Assembly (NCBI RefSeq): GCF_964213995.1
Contig: NW_027590128.1
Coordinates: 744,001-808,000, forward strand
Length of the DNA stretch: 64,000 nucleotides
Direction: 5' to 3'
From: Mustelus asterias
Lineage: Eukaryota
In this document: positions 32,936 to 45,261 of the stretch, one piece after another
Layout of the letters: each line of letters opens with the position of its first letter
How positions within the stretch are numbered: position 1 is the stretch's first letter
Translations under genes and position numbers: made by a program
The notes under the pieces: generated by a model
The model's database searches: none
The model's input: only the letters and a program-made list of their open reading frames with translations
Told to the model about the DNA's origin: nothing

Positions 32936-34469
32936 TACACCTTACAATCTTTCCTCAAAAGACAACACCTTCATCTGAGGAATGGACCTTCTCTGAACTC
33001 ATTCCAAGGAAAGCATGTCATTCCATAAGTAGGGAGACCAGAACCTTACACAGTATTCCAGCTGCTATCTCAGCAATGTCCTGTGTAGGTGCAGCAAGTT
33101 CCCTTTTTCAAACTCCACCCCTTGCAGTAAAGTCCAACACTCCATTTGCCTTCTTCTTTACTTGCTGTACCTTCATCCTATTTTTTCACGATTCATGTAC
33201 AAGGACACCCAGATTCCTCTCTACGGCAGTATTCTTCAGTTTCTGTATATTTAAACAATTTTTTGCTTCTCTATTCTTCCTGCCAAAGCGGAAAAGCTCC
33301 CACTTTCCCGCACTATACTCCATCTGCCATTTTTCTGTCCATTCAGGTAACTTATCTGTGCCCCTTACAGATTTTTTGTAACAACCTCACAGCTTGCTTT
33401 TCTACCTATCTTTGTATCATCAATTCTGGCTTCATCCAAGTCATTGATCAAGGTGGCTGTTTTTCTCTCTCTCAGTTGTGGGTGATATTTGTCTCTATTC
33501 TCCTGGAAACTGAATGAATCTTGTTCCAAACTGGGTTCAATATCAGACATTTCAGGGAGTCAGGAATCATTCGCCCCTGAACCTACACTGGTAAAACCCC
33601 AGGCAGTTCCTCAGTAAGGGTTTTTCTGGTTCCTCACCATATATTAGTCAGGATACTGAAACCCAGCTTTTTTACAGTCCACTCCTGGAGGTCCCACTCC
33701 CTGAGCCGACAACATTCAGCAGTGTCAGTGCTGAAGTTTCACAGTGGGAGTGATTCCCAGAGTAACTGTCAATCATCTCACCATTGATGTCCAGGTTTGT
33801 GTAGTTTTAGTTATCCTGATGTCTAACACACACACATCAATAAAACAGGGAATTCCTGCAAACAAACTGCAGCTTCTTCTCTATCTGGAAATCCAATGTT
33901 TGTTGAATAATTGTCCCAGTGGTTAACAGGCTCCTGTGAACTCATCCAACTCGTATTTTAATACTGACTTTAACAAATATATTTTAAATAGGTTTATTTT
34001 AAATGAGTTAAAACCAGCCTTAAAATGGTATGTATAACAACCATGGTACTTTTCAGACTGGAAACTTTAACCTGCTGTTTCACTTTCATTTAGGAGCAGA
34101 TCCCAGTTTTACACCAATCTCTGATTCATGTGTCCAGCATTCACCGTCATTCTAAAAGCAGAAGTTGCTGCAAAATCTCAGTACGTCTGACAGAATCTGT
34201 AAAGACAGGAACAATTAATGTTTCCAGTTGAATGTGACTCTTCTTCAGTGTCAAAACATTAGCTCTGTTTCTCTCTCCAGAGATGCTGTCAGACCTGCTG
34301 AGTTTTTACAGCACTTCTTGTTTTTATTTACGAGTTCAGGACTCAGACAAGACAATCCACAATACAAATCTTACAACTGGGCCAGGGTTTATTAACATCA
34401 GCAGAAACAGACACCAATGAAAATGGTTGGGACCTCGATGAGATTAACAGCAAAATTCAGTCCTTGCAA

Positions 34470-34873
34470 TCACTCGTGAACATGATGGTGTTTCAGCAGG
34501 TGAGGTGACCGAGTGAATCCCTTCCCACACACGGAGCAGGTGAATGGCCTGTCCCCAGTGTGAATTCGCTGGTGCTTTACCAGGTTGGATGATTGACTGA
34601 ATCCCTTGCCACAATCAGAGGTGGTGAATGGTCTCTCCCTGGTGTGAACTCGCTGGTGCCTCCGCAGGCTGGATGAATCAATAAATCCCTTCCCACAACT
34701 GGAGCAAGTGAATGGCCTTTCTCCAGTGTGACTAGGCTGGTGTTTTAGCAGGTTGAATGACTGAGTAAATCCCTTCCCACACTCGGAGCAGATAAATGGC
34801 CTCTCCCCATTATGAATTCTCTGGTGTTTCAGCAGGTCGGATGAATCAGTGAATCCCTTCCCACAATCAGAGC
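34470..34873 (-). pseudogene. Orphan 3' half of a ZNF gene (5 fingers, one lacking a Cys) fused behind the upstream ZNF gene
   Basis: [17 protein letters not shown]... joined at ~34874 to the post-stop sequence of the 34968 gene. Confidence 0.75.
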
Positions 34874-34967
34874 ATCCTCCCCATTGACCAACTGTGAGAA
34901 TGAACAAAATGCAGTCCTGGATGTAACTGAGAGCAGAAACAATAACAGCAGAATCCAACCCCTGGAA

Positions 34968-35978
34968 TCACTCGTGAACTCGTTGGTGTCTCAGCAGCTG
35001 GGATGAAAGACTGAATCCCTTCCCACACTGAGAGCAGGTGAATGGCCTCTCCCCAGTATGAACTCGCTGGTGTATCCGCAGGCTGGATAATCGAGTGAAT
35101 CCCTTCTCACACTGAGAGCAGGTGAACGGCCTCTCCCCAGTGTGAATTCGCTGGTGTCTCAGCAGGTGGGATGACTGAGTGAATCCCTCCCCACACTGAG
35201 AGCAGGTGAATGGCCTCTCCCCAGTGTGAACTTCATGGTGTCTCTGCAGCTGGGATGACCGAGTGAATTCCTTCCCACACTGAGAGCAGGTGAATGGCCT
35301 CTCCCCAGTGTGAACTCGCTGGTGTCTCTGCAGCTGGTTTGACCAAGTGAATCCCTTCCCACACTGAGAGCAGGTGAATGGCCTCTCCCCAGTGTGAACC
35401 CGCTGGTGTATCCGCAGGCTGGATGAATCATAGAATCCCTTCCCACACTGAGAGCAGGTGAACGGCCTCTTCCCACTGTGAACTCGCTGGTGTCTCAGCA
35501 GGCTGGATGGATTACAGAATCCCTTCTCACACTGAGAGCAGGTGAATGGCCTCTCCCCAGTGTGAACCCGCTGGTGTATCCGCAGGCTGGATGGATCACA
35601 GAATCCCTTCCCACACTGAGAGCAGGTGAACGGCCTCTCCCCAGTGTGAACTCGCTGGTGTGACTGCAGGATGGATAACCGAGTGAATCCCTTCCCACAC
35701 TGAGAGCAGGTGAATGGCCTCTCCCCAGTGTGAACTCGCTGGTGTTTCTGCAGTGTGGATAACCGAGTGAATCCCTTCCCACACTGAGAGCAGGTGAACG
35801 GTCTCTCCCCAGTGTGAACTTGCTGGTGTGACTGCAGGATGGATAACCGAGTGAATCCCTTCCCACACTGAGAGCAGGTGAATGGCCTCTCCCCAATGTG
35901 GTTGCGCCGATGAGCTTCCAGCTCATTTGGGTATCTGTATCTCTTCGCACAGTCCGCACATTTCCATGGTTTCTCCAT
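34968..35978 (-). CDS. C2H2 zinc-finger protein, 12 fingers, 336 aa
   Basis: ATG in acc-ATG-g context (MEKPWKC) and 12 intact fingers. Acceptor at 36328; upstream exons ~38530-38749 and ~40276-40350. Confidence 0.9.
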   Translation of the reverse strand: MEKPWKCADCAKRYRYPNELEAHRRNHIGERPFTCSQCGKGFTRLSILQSHQQVHTGERPFTCSQCGKGFTRLSTLQKHQRVHTGERPFTCSQCGKGFTRLSILQSHQRVHTGERPFTCSQCGKGFCDPSSLRIHQRVHTGERPFTCSQCEKGFCNPSSLLRHQRVHSGKRPFTCSQCGKGFYDSSSLRIHQRVHTGERPFTCSQCGKGFTWSNQLQRHQRVHTGERPFTCSQCGKEFTRSSQLQRHHEVHTGERPFTCSQCGEGFTQSSHLLRHQRIHTGERPFTCSQCEKGFTRLSSLRIHQRVHTGERPFTCSQCGKGFSLSSQLLRHQRVHE

Positions 35979-37074
35979 GGTGCAGGTGTCCTTGCCTCTC
36001 CCTTGGGTGGACAATCAGTTGAAGCCTTGTCCACACACAGAACACGGGTACAGTCTCTCCCCGCTGTGAATGGTGTGATAGTTATTCAGGCTGTGTAACT
36101 GGTTAAAGCTCTTTAGTCAGTGCACTGGAAGACTCTCACTCCAGTGTGGCCGTGTGTTGGTGTTTTTCCAGTCACACTGATGTTTGAAATCTTTTCAAAT
36201 CAACAGACTGGACAACCATTTCTCCTTCTAGATTCAAAGGCCGATGATATTCAGCTCCCATGGAATATGACTCTGTCAGATCTGACGTGACGTTTGAGAT
36301 TTCGGCCTGTGATTCCTCTTTCAATATCCTGTAAAACAAGTTTACAAAAGTCATCAGTATCAGTACAGGATAGAAATTCAGAACAGACAATTCTAGTTTC
36401 TATCGAACATTCTTTCCTATTTCAGTCCCAAGAAGCTGTAAATCGCCATCCCACACACTCTCCCTCCATTCTCACTCTGCTGTATCTAATATTCACCCTC
36501 CCAATTCTCCTGAAGGTGCTGATTGACAGATCCATGCTCACTGCTTCTTGTCCTGGACACAGAGACCATAACAAATAGGAGCTGCAGTCGGCCATTTGGC
36601 CCATCGAGCCTTTTAAACTATTCAATGAGATAATTCGTTCATCTACCTCAGCATCATTCTCCCCACACTAAACCCATATCCCTTGATATCCTCAATATCT
36701 AGAAACCAATCAATCGCTCTCTTGCAAGTAGTTGATGACTGAGGTTTCACTGTCCTCAGGGATTGAGAATTCCAAAGCTTTACCACATCCTTGAGTGAAG
36801 AAATCCCCCCACATCTTAGCTTTTGCTCCATCTTCTTGTCTGTTCCCCATAACCCTTGACACCCTTGTCATCAAAGATCTGTCTAACTGGAATATATTCA
36901 ATGATCTTCAGCCTCCACTGGTCCCTGTAGAAGAGAAATCCAAAAGACTAACAGCCCTCTGAGGGAAGAGACGTCTGGAAATATATATATATACAGGGGG
37001 ATCTTCATCAGTTGATCGGTTAAGGAAGTGAGCCGATGATTGGCAAATGGATTTCAGTACAAATAATACAGAGC

Positions 37075-38165
37075 ACAGAGGCACAACCTCAGGCTAAAGG
37101 GACGATCCTTTAAAACAGAGATAAGGAGGAATTTCTTCAGCCAGAGAGTGGGGAATTTGTGGAACTCTTTGCCGCAGAAGGCTGTGGAGGCCGGGTCATT
37201 GACTGTCTTTAAGACAGAGATAGATAGGTTCTTGATTAATAAGGGGATCAGGGGTGATGGCAAAAAGGCAGGAGAATGGGGATGAGAAAAATATCTGCCA
37301 TGATTGAATGGCGGAGCAGACTCAATGGGCCAAGTGGCCTAATTCTGCTCCTATGTCTTATGGTCTTAAGTGTGAGTGTTGCATTTTGGAAAGTCAAACC
37401 AGGGTAGGACTTATACAGTGAATGGTAAGGCCCTGGGGAGTGTTGAGGAACAGAGGAACCCAGGAGTACAAGTATATTGTTCGTTGAAAGTGATGTCACA
37501 GGTAGACAGAGTGGTGAAGAAGGCATTTAGCACACTGGCCTTCATCAGTCAGGGCACTGAGTATAGGAGTTGGGACATTATGTTATAGTTGTATGAGTCG
37601 TTGGTGAGGCTGCACTTGGAGTATTGCGGACAGTTTTTGTAACCCTGTTATAGGAAAAACATTGATAAACTGTAAAGAGTGCAAAGAAGATTTATGAGGA
37701 TGTTGCCGGGACTAATGGGTCTGAATGATCATGAGAGGTTGGACAGGCTCGGGTTTATTCCTTCGAATGTAGGAGAATGTGGGGTGACTATATTGAGGTG
37801 TATTAAATAATGAGGGGCATAGATAGGATGAACCCACATTGTCTTTTTGCCAGGGTCGGGGAATTGAAAACTAGAGGACATAGATTTAATATGAGAGGGG
37901 AAAGATTAAAAGGGACCTGAGGGGCAACTTCTTCATGCAGAGGGTGATGTGTACATGGATTGAGCTGCCAGAGAAAGTGGTTGAATGTTCAAACAGCAGG
38001 TTTAAACATTTAAAAAGCATTTGGATAAGTACATATCTCTCTAATCCTTTCCAATTCATGAGCCAAACACAGGCATTTGGGACTAGCTGGGAGGGCACCA
38101 TGGTTGGCATGGATCAGTTGGGCCTAAGGGCCTGTTTCCGTGCTGTATTGCTCTATGACTCTATG
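37075..38165 (+). mobile_element. Two adjacent CR1 3' fragments
   Basis: RRNFFSQRV/LWNS with a tail at ~37365; HFGKSNQGRTYTVNG...VVKKAF with a tail at ~38160. Confidence 0.8.
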
Positions 38166-38998
38166 TGCTGGCTGCATCAGCATCTACTGCCCATAACTCA
38201 TTGCCCTTGAACTGAGTGGCTTGCATTGCTGGGGGATGTGGTAGATTTCCTTCTTTAAAGGAAATTATTAAATCAGATGGATTTTTACAACAATTGTCAT
38301 CAATGGACTTCCAATTCTAGATTTTTACTGAATTCAAATTTCAACATCTGCCACTGTGGGATTCGAACCCAGGGTTCACAGTGCATTGCCCTGGATCCCT
38401 GTATTACTAATCCAATAACACTATCACTGCACCATTGCCTGCCCATCCATGGTAAAGGAGTCACAGTAGCCCGAGATCCATGGAATCAGAGCATGCTCTA
38501 AATTTAACTTAATGCTCAGTAGCACTCACCCCAAAACCATTTCACTGTTTTCAACATTTTAAATCCGCTGGAGTCTACATCTGCAAAGATCTCAGAGAGA
38601 TTGGTGTCCGGGAAAAATGTTGCAATCTTCAAATCTTGTCCCTGTAAATGAGGAAAGTTATAGGTGTAATTCAAGGTTAGAAATTCAAGACAGACAAACA
38701 TTTCTTTTGGTCTGAGTTTGCTGTGTGTAAATCTTTCCCTTCTAATCCCCTGTAAAAGGAGTTTCCAAAATCCATCAGCATCTGTCCAGAACAGAAATTC
38801 CAAACATTCACTCCTCCTTTAACCTGGCACAGAATTACTTCAGCTGGGACAAAATTGCAGTGGAGGCAGTTCAGGGAAGATCCAGTTGGTTGATTCCTGA
38901 AATGAGGGGTTTTATCTTTCAGGTTGAGCAGCTTGGGCCTGTACTCTTTGGAGTTTAGAAGACTGAGAAGTAATCCTATTGAAATATCTGGGAATTTA

Positions 38999-39300
38999 AG
39001 GGCGGCATGGTGGCTAGCACTGCTGCCTCACAGCGCCAGGGTCCCAGGTTCAATTCCGGCCTTGGGTCACTGTCTGTGTGGAGTTTGCACATTTTCTGTG
39101 CACTGTCTGTGTGGGTTTCCTCCAGGTGCTCTGGTTTCCTCCCACAGTCCAAAGACTGTGGTTCGGTGGATTGGCTATGCTAAATTGACCCTCGTGTCAA
39201 ATGCATGGGGTTGTGGGGATGGGGCTTGGGTGGGATTGTGGTCGGCACAGACTCGATGGGCCAAATGGCCTGCTTCTGCACTGTAGGGATTCTGTGATTC
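38999..39300 (+). mobile_element. HE1/V-type SINE
   Basis: SINE head, V-domain and CR1-like tail. Confidence 0.8.
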
Positions 39301-39427
39301 ATATGATATAAGGTGCTTGACAAGGTAGATGCTGAGAGGATGTTTCCTCAGGTGTGGGAATCAAGTAAAAATAAAGGATCTCAAATTTAAGATGAAGATG
39401 AAGAGAGATCTAGCAGTGCTAACCACT

Positions 39428-39762
39428 GCGGCACGGTAGCGCAGTGGTTAGCACTGCTGCTTCACAGCTCCAGGGTCCCGGGTTCGATTCCCGGCTCGGG
39501 TCACTGTCTGTGTGGAGTTTGCACATTCTCCTCGTGTCTGCGTGGGTTTCCTCCGGGTGCTCCGGTTTCCTCCCACAGTCCAAAGATGTGCGGGTTAGGT
39601 TGATTGGCCAGGTTAAAAATTGCCCCTTAGAATCCTGAGATGCGTAGGTTAGAGGGCTTAGCGGGTAAAATATGTGGGGGTAGGGCCTGGGTGGGATTGT
39701 GGTCGGTGCAGACTCGATGGGCCGAATGGCCTCCTTCTGCACTGTAGGGATTCTATGATTCT
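39428..39762 (+). mobile_element. HE1/V-type SINE, young full-length copy
   Basis: gcggcacggtagcgcagtggttagc (A box) ... gggttcgattccc (B box). Confidence 0.9.
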
Positions 39763-39969
39763 TGTTGATCTTTGGAACTCTGTCTTCACCAGTGAGGATT
39801 GGAGGCAGGTCATTGAATATATTCAAAGCTGAGGTTTTGATCCACAAGAGAGTTAAGGGTATGGACGGGCTGGGGGTAGCAAAGTAGACATGATCTTATT
39901 GAATGATGCAGCAGGCTCGATGGGCCGAATGACGGGCTCCTGTTTCGAATTCTTATTCCGATGTTCTTG

Positions 39970-40375
39970 GATAGCTGCGCATGCGCCCTGCTCCCTATTG
40001 TCCCTCTGAAGATAGAGGTTCTGAACCAGCCCCCGAAACCACGCCCATTGTGACCCGTCAGACAGCAGCGCATGTGCCCTCCTTCCCCGCTGAAACAAGA
40101 TGGCGGCCGATAACCGGGGCCTGTTCCCGAGATAAAAGCCTGGGAGCTGTAAACCCGGGACCTGCAGGGTCTGATTCGGGCCGTGCAGCCTACAGCGGAT
40201 GTTTGTGAAGCCTCCGCTCGCTCCCTCCCTACCCCAACTCCCGGCTCCACTTCTCCCGCAGCCCAACCGACTCACCCGCTGAAAAAAGCGTCTCCCGCAT
40301 TCAGGACTCTGAGCAGTGACACTGCGCATGCCCCAGATACAGCACTGCGCCTGCGCAATAGGCTCCTGTGGAATG
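39970..40375 (-). promoter_or_regulatory. CpG-island promoter and first exon of the 34968-35978 ZNF gene
   Basis: NRF1 tgcgcatgcgc (~39976) and tgcgcctgcgca (~40346), YY1 caagatggcggc (~40096), donor cgg|gtgagt at 40275. Confidence 0.7.
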
Positions 40376-40519
40376 ACTATAGAACATAGAACATTACAGC
40401 GCAGTACAGGCCCTTCGGCCCTCAATGTTGCACCGACCTGTGAAACGAATCTAAACCCATCCAACCTACACTATTCCAATCTCATCCATATGTTTATCCA
40501 ATGACCCTTTAAATGCCCT

Positions 40520-43292
40520 TCATGTTGACGAGTCCACTGCTGTTGCAGGCAGGGCATTCCACACCCTTACTACTCTCTGAGTAAAGAACCTACCTCTGAT
40601 ATCTGATCTATATCTATCACCCCTCAATTTAAAGCTATGCCCCCTCGTGCTAGCCATCATCATCCGAGGAAAAAGGCTTACACTGTCCAACTTATCTAAT
40701 CCTCTGATCATCTTGAATGCCTCTATTAAGTCACCTCTTAAACTTCTTCTCTCCAACGAAAAAAGCCTCAAGTCACTCAGCCTTTCCTCATAAGACCTTC
40801 CCACCATACCAGGCAACATCCTGGTAAATCTCCTCTGCACCCTTTCCAATGCTTCCACATCCTTCCTATAATGCGGCGACCAGAACTGTACACAATAGTC
40901 CAAGTGCGGCCGCACCAGAGTTTTGTACAGCTGCAACATGACAGCATGGCTCCGAAACTCAATCCCTCTTCTAATAAAAGCTAACACACTGTACGCCTTC
41001 TTAGCAACCCTATCAATCTGGGTGCCAACTTTCAGGGATCTATGCACATGGACACCGAGATCTCTCTGCTCATTCACACTACCAAGTATCTTACCATTAG
41101 CCCAGTACTCTGTATTCCTGTTACTCCTTCCAAAGGGAATCACCTCACACTTTTCCACATCAAACTCCATTTGCCACCTCTCAGCCCAGCACTGCAGCTT
41201 ATCTATGTCCCTCTGTAACCTGCAACATCCTTCCACACTGTCCTCAACTCCACCGACTTGTGTCATCCGCAAATTTACTAACCCATCCTTCTACGCCCTC
41301 ATCCAGACCATTTATAAAAATGACAAACAAAAGTGGCCCCAAAACAGATCCTTGCGGTACACTAGTAACTGAACTCCAGGATGAACATTTCCCATCAACC
41401 ACCACCCTCTGTCTTCTTACAGCTAGCCAATTCCTGATCCAAATCTCAAAATCACCCTCAATCCCATGCCTCCGTATTTTCTGCAATAGCCTACCGTGGG
41501 GAACTTTATCAAATGCTTTACTTAAATCCATAAACACCACATCAACTGCTTTACCCTCATCCACCTCTTTGGTCACCTTCTCAAAGAACTCAATAAGGTT
41601 TGTGAAGCACGACCTTCCCTTCACAAAACCGTGCTGACTATCCCTAATCAAATTATTAATTTCGAGATGATTATAAATCCTATCTCTTCTAATCCTTTCC
41701 AAAACTTTGCCCACAACAGAAGTAAGGCTCACTGGTCTATAATTACCAGGGTTGTCTCTACTCCCCTTCTTGAACAAGGGGACAACATTTGCTACTCTCC
41801 AGTCTTCTGGCACTATTCCTGTAGACAATGACATAAAAATCAAAGCCAAAGGCTCTGCAATCTCCTCCCTAGCTTCCCAGCGAATGCTAGGATAAATCCC
41901 ATCCGGCCCAGGGGACTTATCTATTTTCACACTTTCCAGAATTGCTAACACCTCCTCCTTATGAACCTCAATCCCATCTAGTCCAATCGCCTGTATCTCA
42001 GTATTCTCTTCGACAACATTGTCTTTTTCCTGTGTGAATACTGACGAAAAATATTCATTTAGCGCCTCTCCTATCTCTTCAGACTCCACGCACAACTTCC
42101 CACTACTGTCCTTGACTGGCCCTAATCTTACCCTAGTCATTCTTTTATTCCTGACATACCTGTAGAAAGCGTTAGGATTTTCCTTGATCCTACCTGCCAA
42201 AGACTTCTCATGTCCCCTCCTGGCTCTTCTTAGCTCTCTCTTCAGTTCCTTCCTGGCGAACTTGTAACTCTCAAGCGCCCTAACTGAGCCTTCACGTCTC
42301 ATCTTTACCTAAGTCTCCTTCTTCCTCTTCACAAGAGATTCAACTTCTTTAGTAAACCACGGTTCCCCCGCTCGACCACTACCTCCTTGCCTGACAGGTA
42401 CATACTTATCAAGGACACGCAGTAGCTGTTCATTGAACAAGCTCCACATTTCAATTGTGCCCATCCCCGACAGATTTCTTCCCCATCCTGTGCATCCTAA
42501 ATCTCGCCTAATCGCATCATAATTTCCTTTCCCCCAGCTATAATACTTGCCCTGCGGTGTATACCTATCCCTTTCCATTGCTAAAGTAAACGTAACCGAA
42601 TTGTGGTCACTATCACCAAAGTGTTCACCTACCTCCAAATCTAACACCTGGCCTGGTTCATTACCCAGTACCAAATCCAATGTGGCCTCGCCTCTTGTTG
42701 GTCTATCTACATACTGTGTCAGCAAACCCTCCTGCACACATTGGACAAAAACTGACCCATCTAAAGTACTCGAACTATAGCATTTCCAGTCAATATTTGT
42801 AAAGTTAAAGTCCCCCATAACAACTGCCCTGTTACTTTCGCTCCTATCCAGAATCATCTTTGCAATCTTTTCCTCTACATCTCTGGAACTTTTCGGAGAC
42901 CTATAGAAAACTCCCATCAGGGTGACCTCTCCTTTCCTGTTTCTAACCTCAGCCCATACTACCTCAGTAGACGAGTCCTCATCAAACATCCTTTCTGCCA
43001 CCGTAATACTGTCCTTGACTAACAATGCCGCACCTCCTCCTCTTTTACCACCTTCCCTGATCTTACTGAAACATCTAAACCCCGGAACCTGCAACAACCA
43101 TTCCTGTCCCTGCTCTATCCATGTCCCCGAAATGGCCACAACATCGAAGTCCCAGGTACCAGCCCATGCTGCAAGTTCACCCACGTTATTCCGGATGCTC
43201 CTGACATTGAAGTAGACACACTTCAAAGCACCTTCCTGCCTGCCGGTACACTCCTGCGACCTTGAAATCTTATTCATCACCTCACCACTCAC
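40520..43292 (-). pseudogene. CR1 ORF2 (endonuclease and reverse transcriptase), disrupted
   Basis: [27 protein letters not shown] and FADD spread over three ORFs. Confidence 0.9.
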
Positions 43293-43342
43293 ATCCTCCT
43301 GTACACTGGAGCAGAAATCCAGGTTCCCACCCCCCTGCCGAA

Positions 43343-44266
43343 TTAGTTTAAACCCTCCCGAAGAGCATTAGCAAATTTCCCCCCCAGGATATTAGTACCC
43401 CTCTGGTCCAGGTGAAGACCATCCCGTTTGTAGAGGTCCCACCTACCCCAGAATGAGCGCCAATTATCCAGGTATCTAAATCCTTCCCTCCTGCACCATT
43501 CCTGTAGCCACGTGTTCAACTGCTCTCTCTCCCTATTCCTCTCCTCACTAGCACGTGGCACGGGTAACAAACCAGAGATAACAACTCTATTTGTTCTCGC
43601 TCTAAGCTTCCACCCTAACTCCCTGAATTTCTGCCTTATATCCCCATCTCTTTTCCTACCTATGTCATTGGTGCCTGTGTGGACCACAACTTGGGGCTGG
43701 TCCCCTTCCCCCTTAAGGATCTTGAAAACACGATCCGAGACATCAAAGACCCTGGTACCTGGGAGGCAACACACCAGCCGCGAGTCCCTCTCGCTCTCAC
43801 AGAATCTCCGATCTGTCCCCCTAACTATGCAGTTCCCAATGACTAATGCTCTACTCCTCCCCCCCTTTCCCTTCTGAGCAACAGGGACAGACTCTGTGCC
43901 AGAGATCTGTACCCCATGGCTTACCCCTGGTAAGTCGCCCTCCCCAACAGTATCCAAAACGGTAAACTTGTTATACAGAGGAACGGCCACAGGGGATCGC
44001 TGCACTGTCTGCTTCTCACCCTTTCTAACAGTCACCCAAGTATCCTCATTCCTAGGAGTATGAACCTCCCTGTAGCTTTTATCTATAACTGTCTCTACCT
44101 CCCGAATGATCCTGAGTTCATCCAGTTCCAACTCCAGATCCCTAACATGGTCTTCAAGGAGCTGGAATTGGGTGCACTTCCTGCAGGTGTACTCAGCTGG
44201 GACACTAATGGTGTCCCTCACCTCACACATCCCACAGGAGGAACATTGCACTGCCTGCACTGACAT
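43343..44266 (-). CDS. CR1 ORF1 protein (Cys-rich finger, coiled coil, SGNH esterase-like domain)
   Basis: CSSC...CRKC, IGNCIVRG, HTGTND and DGLHL motifs. Confidence 0.85.
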   Translation of the reverse strand: MSVQAVQCSSCGMCEVRDTISVPAEYTCRKCTQFQLLEDHVRDLELELDELRIIREVETVIDKSYREVHTPRNEDTWVTVRKGEKQTVQRSPVAVPLYNKFTVLDTVGEGDLPGVSHGVQISGTESVPVAQKGKGGRSRALVIGNCIVRGTDRRFCESERDSRLVCCLPGTRVFDVSDRVFKILKGEGDQPQVVVHTGTNDIGRKRDGDIRQKFRELGWKLRARTNRVVISGLLPVPRASEERNREREQLNTWLQEWCRREGFRYLDNWRSFWGRWDLYKRDGLHLDQRGTNILGGKFANALREGLN

Positions 44267-44838
44267 CCCTGCTAACTTCCCGAACTAATAAACGAAAGAG
44301 AAAAGAAGAAAAAGAAAAAGAAAGCTCACCTGCTCTCACACCGAGTCTTTTTTTTTAGGTTAGAGGAGGAGGGAGGGTGGGAGACTCTATACACGTGTAG
44401 AGTCTCGGGTTACCTCCCCGTTCAAATTTAGTGGGCAAAAAAAAAAACGTCCCAGGTCTCCCTACGGCTGACTTCCAGTTTCCTGTTTCTCAGGAAAAAA
44501 ACAACTCCGAAAAAAGTAAGTAAAAATAAATTCAGCTTATCTTATCTTCCAGTTCTGCCCTCCAAAAATCACTCCCCTCTCTGCCCGCTTCACGTTCACA
44601 ACCGCAGGGGCACCTGGGAATTAACAGCGCCATTGTCAATCAAAGACATAATAGAAAATTATCTTGTGCAATTGAGATCAATTAATTTTTTTAAATACAT
44701 TCCTCTGAATTTGTGCACTGCCATTCTCTATTTCTAAAATTGATTTAAACCAGTGCTCTCCTGTGGGAACACCCTGAGTTTTTAAAACATTTCTCACTGG
44801 TTTCCCCCCTCCCCCCCCTCTCTGCTCTCCTGAAGGTG

Positions 44839-45134
44839 ATGTGGAGATGCCGGCGTTGGACTGGGGTAAACACAGTAAGAAGTTTAACAACACCAGGTTA
44901 AAGTCCAACAGGTTTATTTGGTAGCAAAAGCCACACAAGCTTTCGAGGCTCTGAGCCCCTTCTTCAGGTGAGTGGGAATTCTGTTCACAAACAGAACTTA
45001 TAAGACACAGACTCAATTTACATGAATAATGGTTGGAATGCGAATACTTACAACTAATCCAGTCTTTAAGAAACAAAACAATGGGAGTGGAGAGAGCATC
45101 AAGACAGGCTAAAAAGATGTGTATTGTCTCCAGT
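44839..45134 (-). mobile_element. Penelope pLTR insertion with hammerhead (44934-44970) and 9-bp TSD
   Basis: TSD ctgaaggtg at 44830 and 45135. Minus strand cac-CTGAAGA-a-ggggct-cag-agcctc-GAAA-gc-TT-gtg. Confidence 0.75.
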
Positions 45135-45261
45135 CTGAAGGTGCTCATACTGATTGGGTAAATCCCCCAGAAACTGGTTTATTTCACTTTCTTTCTCCTG
45201 AGACTGAATATTCTGTTTTATGCAATGATACATCACAGATGGAAAGCATTTGGCTCACGTT

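Larger units (their letters stand above)
40379..44605 (-). mobile_element. Nearly full-length CR1 LINE
   Basis: 5'UTR, ORF1, ORF2 (APE endonuclease plus RT; one stop at ~42310 and one frameshift at ~41260) and a ttctatgttcta tail. Confidence 0.95.

Noticed and set aside
36010-36020. Selenocysteine reading of the conserved TGA codons
   Set aside because: The TGAs are mostly not at Cys positions, one paralog has TAG, and I could not see a SECIS element.
44269-44329. Possible 61-nt intron in the CR1 5'UTR (cag|gtgagc...cag|)
   Set aside because: Shorter than typical vertebrate introns and retained in a retrotransposed copy.
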